DNA of 64,000 nt from Spirochaetia bacterium (lineage in GTDB: Bacteria; Spirochaetota; Spirochaetia; SZUA-6; Bin103): assembly GCA_965198005.1 (NCBI GenBank), contig CBDAOI010000003.1:32001-96000 (forward strand). The letters are read 5' to 3'. A program made the translations under genes and the position numbers. Below are positions 55,792 through 64,000 of this stretch, one piece after another; within the stretch, counting starts at the first letter, position 1; every line of letters begins with the position of its first letter. The notes beneath the pieces were generated by a model, which was given only the letters and a program-made list of their open reading frames with translations, had not been told where the DNA came from and did no database searches.

Positions 55792-56784
55792 TTGAATTTG
55801 CGAATACAAGTCCCGCCCATCAAGTGTCAGGGCATAAAAACCAAGCTGGTACCGATTATTCTACGTGAGATCAAGCGTGATCCGGATGGGCTCTGGATAG
55901 AGCCGTTCCTTGGTTCCGGAGTGGTGGCCCTGAACGTCGCGCCAAAGCACGCATTGCTTGCTGACAGCAATCCGCACCTGATCCGGTTCTATCGGGCAAT
56001 CAAGGACGGTGAGGTGGATGGTCCTAGGACAAGGAGATTCCTTGAGTGCGAAGGACGGCACTTGGCGATTCGGGGACAGGATCACTACTACGATGTGCGA
56101 GATCGCTTCAACTCCGCTGGAGATCCGCTGGACTTCTTGTTCCTGAATCGCTCCTGCTTCAATGGACTTGTCCGATTCAATAAGCGAGGGGAATTCAATG
56201 TGCCATTCGGGCACAAGCCGAACAGGTTTGCACGAGCATACATTACAAAGATCGTCAATCAGATCGAGGCTTTCCGGATGGCGACCATCTTGTTCGATTG
56301 GCGTTTCGCATGCCAGGACTACCGTATCACGATCCAGGAAGCTGCCGAGAGCGATTTCGTGTACTGTGATCCTCCCTATATCGGGCGGCACGTAGACTAC
56401 TATGACAGTTGGGATGAAGCATCGGAGAAGTCACTGCATAGCGAATTGCAGAGTACCGGATCGCGCTTCATGCTATCTACGTGGCACAGCAACGAGCATC
56501 GAGAGAATGGGTACTTACAGACCCTCTGGAAGGGACTTGAGATTGTCACTCAGGAACACTTCTACCATGTCGGCGCTCAGGAAACGAACCGAAAGCCGAT
56601 GATCGAGGCGCTGGTGACAAACTACGTTGCCGTAGGTAGACGGGAGGAGTACCATAGATCGGAAGAGCAACTAATGCTCTTCGAACGGGCCGAGCGGTAT
56701 CTGGCTCGTGAAACCGGATCGGGCCCACAATTGCAAAGTGCCCAGGATCCGCAGGATCAGGGCGGCATTCGGCCTCAAGCCTGA
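55792..56784 (+). CDS. Dam-family N6-adenine DNA methyltransferase, M.EcoRV-like (intact copy)
   Basis: VPPIKCQGIKTKLVP, EPFLGSG, FLFLNRSCFNG, YCDPPYIGRHVDY, EHFYHVGA. Confidence 0.9.
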   Translation: MNLRIQVPPIKCQGIKTKLVPIILREIKRDPDGLWIEPFLGSGVVALNVAPKHALLADSNPHLIRFYRAIKDGEVDGPRTRRFLECEGRHLAIRGQDHYYDVRDRFNSAGDPLDFLFLNRSCFNGLVRFNKRGEFNVPFGHKPNRFARAYITKIVNQIEAFRMATILFDWRFACQDYRITIQEAAESDFVYCDPPYIGRHVDYYDSWDEASEKSLHSELQSTGSRFMLSTWHSNEHRENGYLQTLWKGLEIVTQEHFYHVGAQETNRKPMIEALVTNYVAVGRREEYHRSEEQLMLFERAERYLARETGSGPQLQSAQDPQDQGGIRPQA

Positions 56785-57658
56785 TTGTAGTATACTTACG
56801 CAGATGAGGATCGAAGGCTGGGAACGGCGCGGTGGAGCGGCAATTCGGCACCAGCACATTCAAGGGATACGTCGTCAGAAGGCTGGCGCTGTCGGTGATC
56901 ACCGTGGTGGTGTCCTGTTTCCTGCAACAGCCGGTTCACCGTCCGCTCGCTCACCGCATGACCTTGCGCCTGCAGTTCCGTCGCCAACCGCGCCTCGCTG
57001 CTGCAGGTCCCCGCAACGGTCCCATCGGATCCCCGCGGGTCACCGGATCCACCAACCGCTCCAAGGCCTGCTCCAAACTCGGGTCGTGCGCCGTCAACCG
57101 CTTGCGGCCCGCGCCAAGCCGCCGCACGCGCCCGGGGTCGTCCTCCGCGCCTGACGCTTCCTGCGCGGTGAGTTCTTGCACACCGGCGCGAATGGTAGTG
57201 CGCGACATCCCGGTGGCGGCCGCGAAGCACGCGCGACCCCGCCGCGCCCTATCCGCGTGCTTCGACGGCCGCCCAGCGGCGGCGTAAGCGTTCGTCGAAC
57301 AACGGATCAAGGGCAACGATGTCACCGACGATTGTCGTGCGGCCACGGATGCAGCCCAACCACCCGTCGTCTCGCGTAGCGGGCGGCGGCGGGACCATCT
57401 GCGCGGCGGGCTTACCGAATGGCGTGACCAGCACCTTGCGCCCCTTGCGGGTCGGCATGGTATCTTTGGAGCGTTCGGGAGGTCTGGGAGATGAGCCGGC
57501 GGGAGCCGACGCTGCAGGACGTGCTGGGCGCTGTAGAAGGGCTGCGGAGGGAATTCCGCGGCGAGATAGCGGGGTTGCGGTACGAGTCGGGGATAGGCAT
57601 AGACCTCAATCGCAGTTTCTGTGAATTACGCCGCTAACTCGCTACTAGGAGATATACC

Positions 57659-59336
57659 GTGCACTTGAGTCATCAACTCGTACGTTGGTCTGTCGAGAGT
57701 CTTCGAGAGAACTGTCATCCATTTGTCGGAATTACATTCTTGGCGAGTAAGCGGGCGAGTATTCCTATAGGGTCCACGAGAGAGTTAAGGCTCGACTCGG
57801 TAACGAGGCATCATTTGGAAGAGCATCATCGGTTGGACCCAAGTAGCGAGTTGTTTTTCCAGCCGTTCAAGAGCAATAGGGATTCCTTTTGGGTGGCGTC
57901 CAACTACCCGTCGTCGGGTTTGCACGCGATCAACAGGCAGACGTTTTCCCAGGCCTTCTTGCCTCGACTTCGGCGTAGTCGTAGTTGGGGATTCGCTTTG
58001 AACTACGTCGAGGCGATTGGAGAGCGTATTGCCGGATTGGGGGGATACAGGCCCGCGTCAATGGTTGCCTTGGCGGTGTGGCTGGGAAAGGAAGTGGAGT
58101 GGCCGGACGACGCGGATATTGATTCTGTCGTTGGTTGGTTTCGAAGGGAGTATCGCTTATCGGCGGAAGAGGTCGACGGCCTGTTCGACTCGTCTATCGC
58201 TCCGCCTACCGCCCGCATTGTGGAGGATATCGTCGATCTTAGGGCAGTCGCGTATGAGTTTGGTCTGCCTGCGGATGCGCCCGGTCTGATCGAGGGCACA
58301 ATTCGGTCTATTCGCCTTAGTGATGTGGGACCCGCTAGGGAGCTACGTCTCGACTTCGGACAGAGACTTACAATGATCGCCGGCGACAATGGTTTAGGGA
58401 AATCGTTCAGTCGCTGCTCTGAGTATCTACGCCCGTGTGGACGGCTCCCTCGCGGTCTCTGACGAGACGCGGGGGAAATTACAAGTCGGCACCGCGACAC
58501 ACTTGAGTTCGTTTACGGCCCGGGAGCTCTGGGACGGCAAACCTGGCGAGATAGAGGGTCTCGTTCGAGACTGGGTGACATGGCAGCTTTCGACCGACCG
58601 TAGCGCTTTCGATATGCTCTCTCGTCTGCTGCAACATCTATCACCCGAAGATCTTGGTTCGCTCGTCCCGCGTGACCCGGTCCGCATTCCTGGTGATCCT
58701 AGGCTCATTCCCACTCTTGGGCACGCTTACGGTGACGTTCCGGTTGTTTTCGCCTCCGCCAGCGTACAACGCATACTTCTTCTTGCATATTTGATCATAT
58801 GGTCATGGCGTGAACACGCTCTTGCATCGGAACAAGCTGGTGTGAGTCCTCGGCGCAAAATGGTCATAGTCGTGGATGAACTTGAGGCACATCTTCATCC
58901 AAAATGGCAACGCCTCGTACTACCCGCGCTCATGTCGATCGGCAAGGTGCTAAGCAAAGAAATCGAGATACAAATAATTGCCGCCACACATTCCCCGATG
59001 ATTCTCGCTTCGGTCGAGCATGAATTCTCTGATGACTCAGATTTGCTCGGGCATCTGTCCTTGAAAGACGGAGTAGTTATTCTCGAACGGCTCGATTACT
59101 ACAAATATGGCGACGTGTCAGCGTGGCTGACATCTCCCGTATTCGGGTTGTCACATGCTCGCTCACGGACTGCTGAAATCGCAATCGAGAAGGCCAAATC
59201 TCTGCAGCTCGCGGAGGCTCCCCCATCGGAGGAAGTTCGCAAAGTGACGTTGCATCTGAAGAAGCTATTGTCGCCGGACGACGCCTTTTGGTCGCGTTGG
59301 ATCTATTTCGCACGACAGCTTGGAGACCCAATTTGA
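57659..59336 (+). pseudogene. PtuA-like ATPase, copy 2, frameshifted by a 191-bp deletion after Walker A
   Basis: Lacks 39527-39717 of copy 1. Confidence 0.9.
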
Positions 59337-59467
59337 TCCATGTACAAGAAATGCCAGAATATGCGGAGTTTGATGCTCAAGTAGACGGTCACTACCCATT
59401 TCTTTCTTCGGAGGTGAGGAGACAACAAGTGTATGATTCGTTGAAGCTGATATTCTCACGAGAATGA
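59333..59467 (+). pseudogene. HNH copy 2, in-frame 477-bp deletion removes the HNH domain
   Basis: Junction caagta/gacggtc; lacks 40693-41169 of copy 1. Confidence 0.9.
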
Positions 59468-59690
59468 GGGATGACGACGATACGAGCGCACGATAGAGCG
59501 GCTGTCTGCCGACTTGGCCACATCCGCCGCGCCCAAGATGACCCGTGGCCCGTGGTGATTCACCTTCCACCCGGCGACGGCATCGGCCCGGCCATCGACT
59601 TCGAGCGCTTGCGGTACTGCCGACGCTGCAGGACGTGCTGGACGCGGTACAGAAGGGCTTACGGGAGGGCTGGGAGACGCGCCGGCTTGT

Positions 59691-60167
59691 TTGCCTGTCG
59701 AGAAGAACAGGTTGACCCGTGTGTCGACCGGTACCATCTATTTGCCTGACCAGAGATGGAGCGACTCTGACGATCGGATGAGGATGGCCGAGGTCCCTTC
59801 TCACAGTCCACGCGCGATCGAGGCACCTCTGCTATCGGCAGCCGAGGCTGATCTACGGCAGGTCCAACAAGAGGCCCGCGAGGAAGGTTATCCGGTTCCG
59901 TCAGAGGAAGCCGTAGAGGAAGTGCATGGTTTGCTCGACAGGATGTACAAACTTAGTCCGCGTCGGTTTGAAGTATATCCAACACCGGATGGAGAAATCG
60001 CCCTCGACGCCTCGGGCGATGGAACCTCGGTCATCATTCTGCGCGAAGCTGTCGGCACTGCCTTGTGTTTGTTGAACCTCAGAGGCGAGCAACGCATGGA
60101 TCGGGTCGAATCTGTCAATAATCTGCCCAACGGATTTGTCCGTACCGCACTGGACGAACTCGAGTAA
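59691..60167 (+). CDS. Hypothetical protein with a YPTPDGEI motif (start uncertain)
   Basis: EEGYPVPSEEAVEE...FEVYPTPDGEIALD. Confidence 0.55.
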   Translation: MPVEKNRLTRVSTGTIYLPDQRWSDSDDRMRMAEVPSHSPRAIEAPLLSAAEADLRQVQQEAREEGYPVPSEEAVEEVHGLLDRMYKLSPRRFEVYPTPDGEIALDASGDGTSVIILREAVGTALCLLNLRGEQRMDRVESVNNLPNGFVRTALDELE

Positions 60168-60183
60168 CTCAAAGTGATCCGCG

Positions 60184-60417
60184 ATGAAGAGCATCTTGGA
60201 CGTGAGGTATTCTCGAGTAAACAATCCGAACGTGCGGCTCGGGGTAGGACGCCGATGCATGTTTTCCTTTGAGAGGGAAAGAGAACCGAGGGTATCGGTT
60301 GACCGTATCGACGACGCTCCTCACGACAAGCTGGTGGCAATCGCTGATCGAATTGCAAGAAACCGACAGCGAACTTTCTACGGTTGGGCGGTCGTCGAGG
60401 TCAGAATGATCCATTAG
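60184..60417 (+). pseudogene. ART-like remnant downstream of the YPTPDGEI gene
   Basis: PRVSVDR...RTFYGWAVVEV; appears truncated. Confidence 0.4.
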
Positions 60418-60723
60418 CTTGCGCCCCGCTCCCGGACGCGTACAACGCAGGTGATCCTCGGTGTCACCGAGACCATGTCCGTCCGGAACGGGCCGTGGCG
60501 CGCTGGTCCATGATCGCCGCCGGCGTCGGGCCTGCCATTCCGGCCCGGCTGGAACGCAAGCGCCGCCTGTCGCCACCCGTACGAGGGGGCTGCCGGCGGG
60601 GTCCCGGCGCGCGTCAAGCGCGGTAGGCCGGATGGCCAGCGTCGGCCAGCGTCGGCCGGCCCCGACTGGACGCGACGCGACTGTGGGGCTACCTTGTTGG
60701 CCGGGGGTTGGGGGAGCTTATCC

Positions 60724-61401
60724 ATGCGGGCAAGCCGGGAAACGGTACCATCACTTGGTGACGATGATCTGGTCGATCTGCTCGGCAGGCGCCTGCCCGC
60801 CCTGCTCGAACGTCGCCCGGATCTTGAGCCGACGCTGTTCCGAGCGTTTCTGAAGACCTTCGCACGCCGCGAAGAGGTGGCCCTGGTGCTGGCCGAGTTG
60901 CGGGCGTTGCGTGCCGAGATGGACCGGCGCTTTGACCAAGTGGACCGGCGCTTCGAGCAAATGGACGAACGCTTTGACCAAGTGGACCGGCGCTTCGAGC
61001 AGATGGACCAAGGCTTCGTCGAGGTTAAGCGCTCGATCGACCGGCTGGGGTCGCGTTGGGGCATCCGCAACGAAAGCCTGTTTCGACAGACCATCGCCTC
61101 TATCCTGGAGCAGTCGTTCGGCGTCAGCGTCGAGCAGCGCGCCATCGGCGGCGAACAGTTCGATGTCCTGATCCATGATCATCAACACATTCTCGTCGAG
61201 ATCGCCGCCAGCGTCGGGCCCACGATTCTGGCCCGGCTGGAACGCAAGCGCCGCCTGTACGAGGAGGCTGCCGGCGTGGTCCCGGCGCGCGTCATCCTGG
61301 CCACCGCGTCGATCCACAGCCGCCGCGCTCAGCAACTGCGGCAGGCCGGCATCGAGGTCATCGAACCGGAAGAAACCGATCCCACCGCGGAGCCAGCGTA
61401 G
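60724..61401 (+). CDS. DUF3782-like coiled-coil nuclease, copy 3, 4 heptads
   Basis: Matches copies 1 and 2 outside the repeat tract. Confidence 0.75.
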   Translation: MRASRETVPSLGDDDLVDLLGRRLPALLERRPDLEPTLFRAFLKTFARREEVALVLAELRALRAEMDRRFDQVDRRFEQMDERFDQVDRRFEQMDQGFVEVKRSIDRLGSRWGIRNESLFRQTIASILEQSFGVSVEQRAIGGEQFDVLIHDHQHILVEIAASVGPTILARLERKRRLYEEAAGVVPARVILATASIHSRRAQQLRQAGIEVIEPEETDPTAEPA

Positions 61402-61422
61402 CGGACAGGGCGTTACGTAGGC

Positions 61423-61869
61423 ATGGTGCACTCATTCCCCCGTCTTTCTGGAAGCAGCCATCGAATAACCAGTCCGCCGGATGGGGCGTATAACTGCATA
61501 GCGTGGGCCGCAGCGGAACAGCATCGTTGGTGGGCTCCTCAAGGCACTCCTGACGACAATAACCGTTATTGGCCATCAGGAGTATCTCGTGGCTTGCAAC
61601 CGCGTTGCCTCGTAGAAGCATATCAGACCATTGGTTACAGAACCTGCGTCGCCGACTCACTAGAGCCTGGGTTCGAAAAAATAGCTTTGTACTCTCTCCG
61701 GGGCAACTGGACTCACGCAACTCGACAATTACCGAGCGGTCTGTGGACCAGTAAGCTCGGAAGACATGTGGACATAGAGCACGAACACCCCGACGATCTT
61801 GCCGGCATTATCTATGGTTCCGTATTCTGCTATATGAAGCGGTCTATGGGACGCGACAATTACAGATAA
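61423..61869 (+). CDS. Small protein with papain-like Cys/His motifs (148 aa)
   Basis: YNCIAWA...WTHATRQ...WTSKLG..DIEH. Confidence 0.7.
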   Translation: MVHSFPRLSGSSHRITSPPDGAYNCIAWAAAEQHRWWAPQGTPDDNNRYWPSGVSRGLQPRCLVEAYQTIGYRTCVADSLEPGFEKIALYSLRGNWTHATRQLPSGLWTSKLGRHVDIEHEHPDDLAGIIYGSVFCYMKRSMGRDNYR

Positions 61870-62354
61870 CCGTTACGCTCACCCCAGCGCACCCATGCGG
61901 TGCTCAGCTTGCGAACTTGACCAGCTTCCTCTGGAGATACGGCTGGATTCTCTCCAGTTATTTCGCTAAGTGCAACGCACCAACCATAATCCGGACGTTG
62001 CTGCAAGATTTCAAGAATGAAGGTGACAACCGACTCGCCCATATCTACAATTTCGGAATAGACCGGACGTCCGAAGATTTGCCAGTCCGCAGAATACAAG
62101 CGCGTTTCTTCTTCCCATTGCCGGGCAAGTTCAAGAAACTGCTCTCTACGAGACGGAAAAACGATAAGAAACTGGCTCGGCGTAGCATCCGACCAGAAAC
62201 ACGTCCCGACCGTCGACCTCCACGCAAGATCGAGCTCCTGGTCTGGATCTCTCCAGAATCGGTGTGGTAGAGAAGTTACATCAGGGAGCACCGAAAGGGA
62301 TTGTCGTGCGAGGGTATCTTGCTGCACCGAGCCCGACCATGAATTTACCCTCAT
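61860..62354 (-). CDS. Helical hypothetical protein, convergent with and overlapping the papain-like gene
   Basis: FLELARQWEEET...YSEIVDMGESVVTFIL...ALSEITGENP...AWVRWG. Confidence 0.65.
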   Translation of the reverse strand: MRVNSWSGSVQQDTLARQSLSVLPDVTSLPHRFWRDPDQELDLAWRSTVGTCFWSDATPSQFLIVFPSRREQFLELARQWEEETRLYSADWQIFGRPVYSEIVDMGESVVTFILEILQQRPDYGWCVALSEITGENPAVSPEEAGQVRKLSTAWVRWGERNGYL

Positions 62355-62386
62355 ATCATGTTACTCCTCTCGCAAAGGAATCCGAT

Positions 62387-62935
62387 TCACCTTTTCTTGC
62401 TCCCTCTTAACGAGTCTTCCAGAGATATGAACTTCGTCTCGTACTTCCGCACTATCTGTTTCGATGGATAATTATGCAGTACGATGAACAACGCATATAT
62501 CAGATGATACAACTCCGCACGTCCGAAGAGCATCGGACGATAGGCCTGTCTGTCCGATCTCCAAAAGTAACGAGCATCAGTAATCGGCCGCTTTCCGAGG
62601 TGTCTGAGAAACGACTCCACCGACTGCTTGTAGTCCCACGTCTCTTTCACGTGGCCGTGAAGAAGTTCTTCGTACTTGGTCTCTACCCGTTGTCGATCCT
62701 GCTCGGGAAGTCTCAAGAACAGGTCCAAAAGATTGGGACTACTCTCACAATACTGGATTCTGCGCTTATCCAACGCATATTGAAGGAGTACTTCAACAGC
62801 ATGTAGACCTATGATCTGGCAACCGATATAGAACCCAACTCTCCTTGGGTCGTCCTCTGGATAGGGAAACTTGGCATTATAGTAATCAACCAAGCCCTCT
62901 ACCCAAGTCCTTATGTCGGGTTTCTTGTCCAGCAT
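62387..62935 (-). CDS. HEPN-like hypothetical protein
   Basis: LHAVEVLLQ...NLLDLFLRLP...DARYF pattern; AGGA RBS. Confidence 0.55.
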   Translation of the reverse strand: MLDKKPDIRTWVEGLVDYYNAKFPYPEDDPRRVGFYIGCQIIGLHAVEVLLQYALDKRRIQYCESSPNLLDLFLRLPEQDRQRVETKYEELLHGHVKETWDYKQSVESFLRHLGKRPITDARYFWRSDRQAYRPMLFGRAELYHLIYALFIVLHNYPSKQIVRKYETKFISLEDSLRGSKKR

Positions 62936-63447
62936 GTCTTCCTGCTGCTCGTGGCGAGCGGCGCCATGATAGCCTGGAGCTAAGGAAGATACCACTGTGT
63001 CGGAAACGTTACAAGGTCAATCGAGTCAAGCGAGAGCGTTCGATGGAAGACCGAGCCGTACTACTCTCGACGACGAGAATCCGCCCACGCAGGGTATAGT
63101 CCTGGTGCGCGATGGCGTTGTGCAAGGCCTCGCGGATGACCCATGGGTCGTCCGTCACGTGCGCTCGACCGGCGCGCTACGCGGCTTACCTCCTGGGGAG
63201 GGGGCGGAGCCACCGTGCTGGAGGGTGCCGCGGTCCGGGCGCCGGAGTGGTCTGGGGTGGCGAGCTGTACGGCTGGGGGAGCTGCGGCAGCAGGCGCGGG
63301 TGGCGGTCCGCGGATGACCCTCTGCTGCGCTTGGCACGGTCGCGGCGATTGCGCCATGGCGGTCTGGCTGCCGTGGCTGTCCGTGGCTGCCGCTGGTGGC
63401 TTAGCCCATGCGGGTGGTGTCTGGTATACTCGGGCGGCCCGCCTCCC

Positions 63448-64000
63448 ATGAAACAAGATCTGTCGACCGCCGAGATCCTGGAGCTGCTGCACCACTGGCG
63501 CAGCGAACGTTACGTGGTCAACACCGCCAACACGGTGGAGGTGATCCTGTTCGGCAACTGCTTCACCGGGGTGGATATCGAGGGGCTGGACGCGGTCGAC
63601 GAGCTGTCGCGCAGCGGCCGCAAGCTGGTGTTCATCCCCAATCACCAGAGCGAGTACGACTGGATGCTGCTGCAGACCTATCTCGCGCAGCGCTACATCC
63701 GCACCGCCATCCAGGCCGGCGAGAACCTCTACGTCGGCCCGGTCGACACCTTCCTGCGCAAGTGCGGGGCGTTCATGATGATTCGCGACCGGCACGCGTT
63801 CTACGGCCGGCGCTGGGTGCGTGACGGGGTGCTGAAGCTGCTCGGCACCCGGCCGTTCGTGATCACCAAGGAACAGTACAACAAGCTGTACCCGGATCAG
63901 ATCAAGCGGGTGCTGGGCGAGGGGCTGCACCTGATGATCTTTCCCGGCTACGAGACCGACCGCGCCACCGGCGAGATCAAGTACGGCCGTTCCTACTCGG
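63448..64000 (+). CDS. Glycerolipid acyltransferase (PlsB/PlsC-like), runs off the window
   Basis: VFIPNHQSEYD (HX4D), AGENL, CGAFMIR, IFP; strongly GC3-biased codons; TATACT at 63425; missing from the ORF track because there is no stop in the window. Confidence 0.85.
   Translation, partial: MKQDLSTAEILELLHHWRSERYVVNTANTVEVILFGNCFTGVDIEGLDAVDELSRSGRKLVFIPNHQSEYDWMLLQTYLAQRYIRTAIQAGENLYVGPVDTFLRKCGAFMMIRDRHAFYGRRWVRDGVLKLLGTRPFVITKEQYNKLYPDQIKRVLGEGLHLMIFPGYETDRATGEIKYGRSYS

Larger units (their letters stand above)
57126..59524 (+). repeat. Near-identical duplicate of 38244-41311 carrying two internal deletions
   Basis: Offset of 18882 bp at the ATPase start; only a few substitutions. Confidence 0.95.

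Noticed and set aside
63061-63930. 289-aa minus-strand ORF
   Set aside because: Antisense shadow of the plus-strand acyltransferase
1-64000. Integron, DGR or retron as the cause of the repeats
   Set aside because: I saw no tyrosine integrase, attC-like palindromes or reverse transcriptase, and differences between copies do not appear adenine-specific
1-64000. rRNA, tRNA or structured ncRNA genes
   Set aside because: None recognisable by eye; an Infernal/tRNAscan run would be needed to exclude them, especially in unassigned stretches such as 41880-42130

Overview
This window is a GC-rich bacterial accessory (defence) island that fills about 63 kb and ends at a housekeeping-type acyltransferase gene (63448 onward). 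Intact, visibly lower-GC cargo includes: a four-gene Druantia-like operon (DruA-like, a 989-aa protein, a 361-aa protein, and an 1851-aa DruE-like helicase with DUF1998); a NACHT/STAND ATPase with a C-terminal PD-(D/E)xK nuclease, coupled to an AAA ATPase; a Septu-like ATPase+HNH pair; an M.EcoRV-like methyltransferase; HEPN-like genes; a TIGR04255-like/unknown/ART-like triad with several divergent relatives; a convergent papain-like gene pair; and three copies of a coiled-coil nuclease with 5, 3 and 4 heptad repeats. An N-terminal-nuclease STAND gene is truncated by an IS. There are two complete IS elements (IS630 and ISAzo13 families) and many IS remnants. The DNA between cargo genes is a patchwork of 50-300 bp, often frameshifted scraps of unrelated genes (FG-GAP, sialate O-acetylesterase, HicB, PIN, PKS KR, ABC permease, AIR synthase). 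These scraps recur in tandem and dispersed duplications that were later shortened by microhomology-bounded deletions. I found no rRNA, tRNA or CRISPR array. All family calls come from recognising motifs by eye, with no database searches; boundaries of the scraps are approximate.
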